In this document: piece after piece, positions 16,742 to 20,000 of the stretch
How the letters are laid out: every line of letters starts with the position of its first letter
Numbering within the stretch: the first letter of the stretch is position 1
Virus record (IMG/VR): IMGVR_UViG_3300017958_000005
Location: 58,821-78,820 of that record
Length of the DNA: 20,000 bases
Source of the DNA: an uncultured virus (IMG/VR IMGVR_UViG_3300017958_000005)
Taxonomy: Duplodnaviria > Heunggongvirae > Uroviricota > Caudoviricetes
Direction: 5' to 3' (one strand)
Program-made: the position numbers and the translations under genes
Notes under the pieces: generated by a model
The model's database searches: none
Seen by the model: only the letters and a program-made list of their open reading frames with translations
Told to the model about the DNA's origin: nothing

Positions 16742-17877
16742 CACCAGTCCCAATGAACGGCGATGTTTACCTACAAAGCCTCAAAACGAACGGTGATTTT
16801 GATTACCACAAAATGCTCGCCTGCTTATGGGAAATGGACGACTATCAAAAGCAGGGGTGGTTGAATGATCACACCGTGGACACATCAGATATTGGCGTCA
16901 CGTCAACTATTAGGCATGAGGTGTTCAACAACGATGACATCGGAAAAATGTTTAGATACAAAATCAACAGCGATGGTCATGTAGGAGAAGAGTTCGTTCA
17001 CAACCCTGACATCATCGCAATGGGCTGCTCCGTCACTTATGGTGCGGGCATGCACACAGAATTTGCATGGCCAAACATTGTGCGTGAAGCCACCGGGAAA
17101 ACGGTAAATGTGTTGGCTTTTCCCGGTGCAAGCATCATGTCGCTTACGCAGCATCTATACAGACACGTCGCACAATATGGTTGGCCAAAACAAATCATGT
17201 TCCTCATCCCCGACTTGTGGAGAACCGAACCACAAGTCCAATGTATTTCTAGGGATGGCCAATACCGAAATGTTGACGGCAAAGAAATGCGCATCAACGA
17301 TAGTTTCAGTAAGAAAAATTTACGCTACAGCGCTGAACGCACACTACGACTCAGCATGCTTGCGCTGTTAAATCTACAGAACATCTGCAAAAGCCTAAAT
17401 ATTGATTACAAAACGTTTTCTTGGCACAGAGAAACACATTACGTTCTCAAAACATCCGAATACAGTTCATACCTATCTGCACTCGAACACTTCGTGCCAC
17501 CAAACAGCGATGCTCCCGGTCAAAAATGGGGTGTACCCATCGAAATGTTCCACACCGGAACCGACATGTGCCCCTGCGGACTACAACCCGGAACACCAAC
17601 ACAACAAGACATGTGGAACATAGCGCTTGACATCGGCGAACACCCCGGAATGCACCTCAACATTCACTTCGCCGAAATTTTCATCAACGCTCAAATCGAA
17701 CAAAACGTCATCGACAAAATCAAACCATTCCACAACCTGTACACGCCACAAGGCGTAGACGCGATCAAACGTCTACGGACAAAAAATCATTCGTCTCGTG
17801 AATTCATGCGAGCAATCAAAAAAGAGAACGGAGAATGGATCACAGATGAATACGCAGATCCTGTACCTCAGAATTAA
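16735..17877 (+). CDS. SGNH/GDSL-like hydrolase or acyltransferase fold protein, paralog 1 (start uncertain: 16702, 16735 or 16753)
   Basis: IIAMGCSVTYG (block I-like), WP, VNVLAFPGAS, D-x3-HPG near the C-terminus. Confidence 0.7.
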   Translation: MVTPVPMNGDVYLQSLKTNGDFDYHKMLACLWEMDDYQKQGWLNDHTVDTSDIGVTSTIRHEVFNNDDIGKMFRYKINSDGHVGEEFVHNPDIIAMGCSVTYGAGMHTEFAWPNIVREATGKTVNVLAFPGASIMSLTQHLYRHVAQYGWPKQIMFLIPDLWRTEPQVQCISRDGQYRNVDGKEMRINDSFSKKNLRYSAERTLRLSMLALLNLQNICKSLNIDYKTFSWHRETHYVLKTSEYSSYLSALEHFVPPNSDAPGQKWGVPIEMFHTGTDMCPCGLQPGTPTQQDMWNIALDIGEHPGMHLNIHFAEIFINAQIEQNVIDKIKPFHNLYTPQGVDAIKRLRTKNHSSREFMRAIKKENGEWITDEYADPVPQN

Positions 17878-17949
17878 AATCAAAAAAATCGTATACAAGA
17901 TTCGTAACTGGAAAAATCGCAAAAAGCCAAAGACCTATATTTACTAACC

Positions 17950-18840
17950 ATGAAACACCAAGACAACAATGGGGACCAATTCTTAGAGTTCTTCCCCAAC
18001 ATGCATCACCTGTTAAATCTAGGCGACAACGAACCGCGCAAACCCTTCGTTGAGAACCCCGACATCGTCGCCGTCGGATGTTCCAACACTTGGGGTGTAG
18101 GCGTTGACGACCACGAAGTCTGGCCGGAAGTGCTCGCGCAACACCTCGGCATGACAGTCAACGTAGTTGCCGAACCCGGACGCGACATCGGCACCCTCGT
18201 CCCACGAATCTTCAACCACATCGAACAATGGGGAAAACCAACATACATATGCTGCCTGTGGCCCGAAATTTGGCGAGCACACGTCAACGTTTGGAAAACC
18301 CCACACAATCCGTGGATCGGCTCAACACGCTTCAACCAAACCCTTGCAGACAATTCAGAACTCGACACCGTCAACCTGTCAATCCACTACTCAGGTGACC
18401 CAACCCATTACGTCGTAGGTCAAACACCATACATGCATGTATCAAACGAAGGATGGCGCGACGAGCGGCCAAAACCGTATCGGCTATGGCCAGAACAATT
18501 CATCACACAAAACCTCGAATACATGTTCATGCTAGAAAAATTCGGAAAAATTCTCGGCATCGAGGTGTACCAAACAAGTTGGTCAGCAAGCACCAACAAC
18601 ACACTGAAACCAGTCCTCGAATCATTCCGTCTGCCACGCCACGAATATCGTGACACCCGACCACGCGTCGACCCACGATTCAAACCAGAACACTGCACCG
18701 ACCACCAGCCACTACTACACCAGCAGGCCTACTGGGAATTCGGCAACGACGGACACCACCCCGGAATTCACGACCACATCCACATCGCCGAACACTTCGC
18801 CGGCCACATGCAACACGACCCCCTCATCAAAAACAGATAA
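17950..18840 (+). CDS. SGNH/GDSL-like hydrolase or acyltransferase fold protein, paralog 2
   Basis: IVAVGCSNTWG, WP, VNVVAEPG, DGHHPG; colinear motifs with the upstream gene. Confidence 0.72.
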   Translation: MKHQDNNGDQFLEFFPNMHHLLNLGDNEPRKPFVENPDIVAVGCSNTWGVGVDDHEVWPEVLAQHLGMTVNVVAEPGRDIGTLVPRIFNHIEQWGKPTYICCLWPEIWRAHVNVWKTPHNPWIGSTRFNQTLADNSELDTVNLSIHYSGDPTHYVVGQTPYMHVSNEGWRDERPKPYRLWPEQFITQNLEYMFMLEKFGKILGIEVYQTSWSASTNNTLKPVLESFRLPRHEYRDTRPRVDPRFKPEHCTDHQPLLHQQAYWEFGNDGHHPGIHDHIHIAEHFAGHMQHDPLIKNR

Positions 18841-18873
18841 ATCTAACGGCACCAACTACAGCCAAAAACAAAA

Positions 18874-19878
18874 CTACCCCCCCAAATAACCCCCCGGCGG
18901 ACGCAAAAACACACCCCTACCCGCCAACACATCACAATTCTCCCAACGAGGCTCCGAACCCAACTCCGGATGAACCTCATGACACCACATAGACCACATC
19001 CGCCTACCCTCAGGCACAAACCCCCCATTCACCGCATGCAACCCACGATGCAAATCAACCACCAAAAAATCATCAACACACCAATCCCACCACAACTGCG
19101 AAACACCACCACCAAAACACGCCCCACGCACCACATCACGAACCAAACCCAACCACAACACATCACGCGAACACGGCACCCGACCACCAACACGCCACAA
19201 CAACCCCCCATCACCCAACCACGAATCAGAAGCAACCGGCAACCTCAACACACGACGATCAGAACAAAAATGCGACTCCACCAACGGCCGCGAAAACGCC
19301 AAAAACTCAAAACCACCCTCAAACGACACCAACACCTTCTCACCACCCTCCCAAACACCAACAACCTCAAAACCAACCGCACGCGCACCCTTAAAAGGAC
19401 ACTGATAATCCAACTCCAACACCCACACCTCATCCAACCACGACCTCAACGAACCCGACACCAACCCCAAAACATCACACATATCCACAAACCCAGTAGA
19501 ACCACCATGAGGAGCAAACAACCCAGCACCCCCACGCCCCACAAAACCCTCCATCCACCAACCCCCAACCAACTGAGGAAAACGCCACCCCTGATTCTCC
19601 AAATGCCACATCAACACCAACTCATCAACACCAACATCCCCCCGACCAGCCAAAATCCCCACATAATCCGTAAACGTCCCCCACTTCCAACCACCCTCAA
19701 CACCCTCAAAACCCGGCGTCACCCCCAACAACCCACCAACCCCAAACAACACACCCGCACGACCAACCTCATCCAAACCCCAACCACGCAAACAAAACCC
19801 ACCACCATCAACCAACGCAGACGCCAACACCCCAACATCCACCCCAACATCATCAAAAACCTCAAAATCAAAAGCCAC
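18874..19878 (-). CDS. TauD/TfdA-like 2OG-Fe(II) dioxygenase, compositionally very biased, about 334 aa
   Basis: Ordered motifs GFCLRG, WHLE, GGSTGFVDM, RPLVESH-x4-RRVL, W-x3-DFLVVDL-x4-H, RRM; GTG at 19878 lies 6 nt after a TATTTT box; frame is open further to 19992. Confidence 0.72.
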   Translation of the reverse strand: MAFDFEVFDDVGVDVGVLASALVDGGGFCLRGWGLDEVGRAGVLFGVGGLLGVTPGFEGVEGGWKWGTFTDYVGILAGRGDVGVDELVLMWHLENQGWRFPQLVGGWWMEGFVGRGGAGLFAPHGGSTGFVDMCDVLGLVSGSLRSWLDEVWVLELDYQCPFKGARAVGFEVVGVWEGGEKVLVSFEGGFEFLAFSRPLVESHFCSDRRVLRLPVASDSWLGDGGLLWRVGGRVPCSRDVLWLGLVRDVVRGACFGGGVSQLWWDWCVDDFLVVDLHRGLHAVNGGFVPEGRRMWSMWCHEVHPELGSEPRWENCDVLAGRGVFLRPPGGYLGG

Positions 19879-19891
19879 AACACCAAAATAC
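19879..19891 (-). promoter_or_regulatory. Putative -10 element for a leaderless transcript
   Basis: Minus strand reads G-TATTTT-GGTGTT-GTG (box at 19890-19885). Confidence 0.4.
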
Positions 19892-19899
19892 AACAACCA

Positions 19900-19933
19900 C
19901 CCCACCCCAAAACAACACCCCAACCCCAACCCC
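19900..19933 (-). other. G-quadruplex-capable motif (five GGGG runs)
   Basis: Minus strand GGGG-TT-GGGG-TT-GGGG-TGTTGTTTT-GGGG-T-GGGG. Confidence 0.55.
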
Positions 19934-20000
19934 ACCGATAAATCTAACCAACCATCACCAAACCCAAAAAAATCACACACCTCCCCCCACACAGCGCGGT

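Noticed and set aside
18970..19941. 323-aa plus-strand Pro/Thr/His/Gln-rich ORF that could be read as a mucin-like protein
   Set aside because: Stop codons are scarce because T is depleted; the opposite frame carries ordered TauD motifs
18841..20000. C/A-rich tail as a telomere, satellite or assembly artefact
   Set aside because: No regular repeat unit beyond about three CCCCA(A) copies, the skew grades in gradually, and a motif-bearing ORF spans it; read-level checking is still advisable
1..20000. CRISPR array, tRNA, rRNA, integrase or transposase
   Set aside because: Intergenic gaps are short, with no spaced direct repeats, cloverleaf or recombinase motifs seen by eye

Overview
Segment of a tailed dsDNA (Caudoviricetes-like) phage genome, probably infecting an actinobacterium (WhiB gene, CYP124-like P450, apparent leaderless promoters). 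Left: end of a truncated gene, a small acidic gene, a multidomain protein (two DUF3721-like Cys repeats plus a zeta-toxin-like P-loop kinase), then an HK97-fold major capsid gene closed by an intrinsic terminator. Middle: thermonuclease, a minus-strand block with a monomeric class II (B12) ribonucleotide reductase, an H1-like PAKK-repeat protein, two 2OG-Fe(II) oxygenases, WhiB, primase-helicase, a possible PD-(D/E)xK-fold protein and a TerS-like HTH protein. Right (12.9-19.9 kb): a run of tailoring enzymes (P4H-like oxygenase, NodU/CmcH carbamoyltransferase, cytochrome P450, two SGNH-like paralogs and a TauD-like dioxygenase). The TauD-like gene is hidden on the minus strand of what looks like low-complexity C/A-rich DNA. 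A strand-specific C/A versus G/T skew rises toward the right end regardless of gene direction. All family calls come from motifs read by eye; no database search was run.
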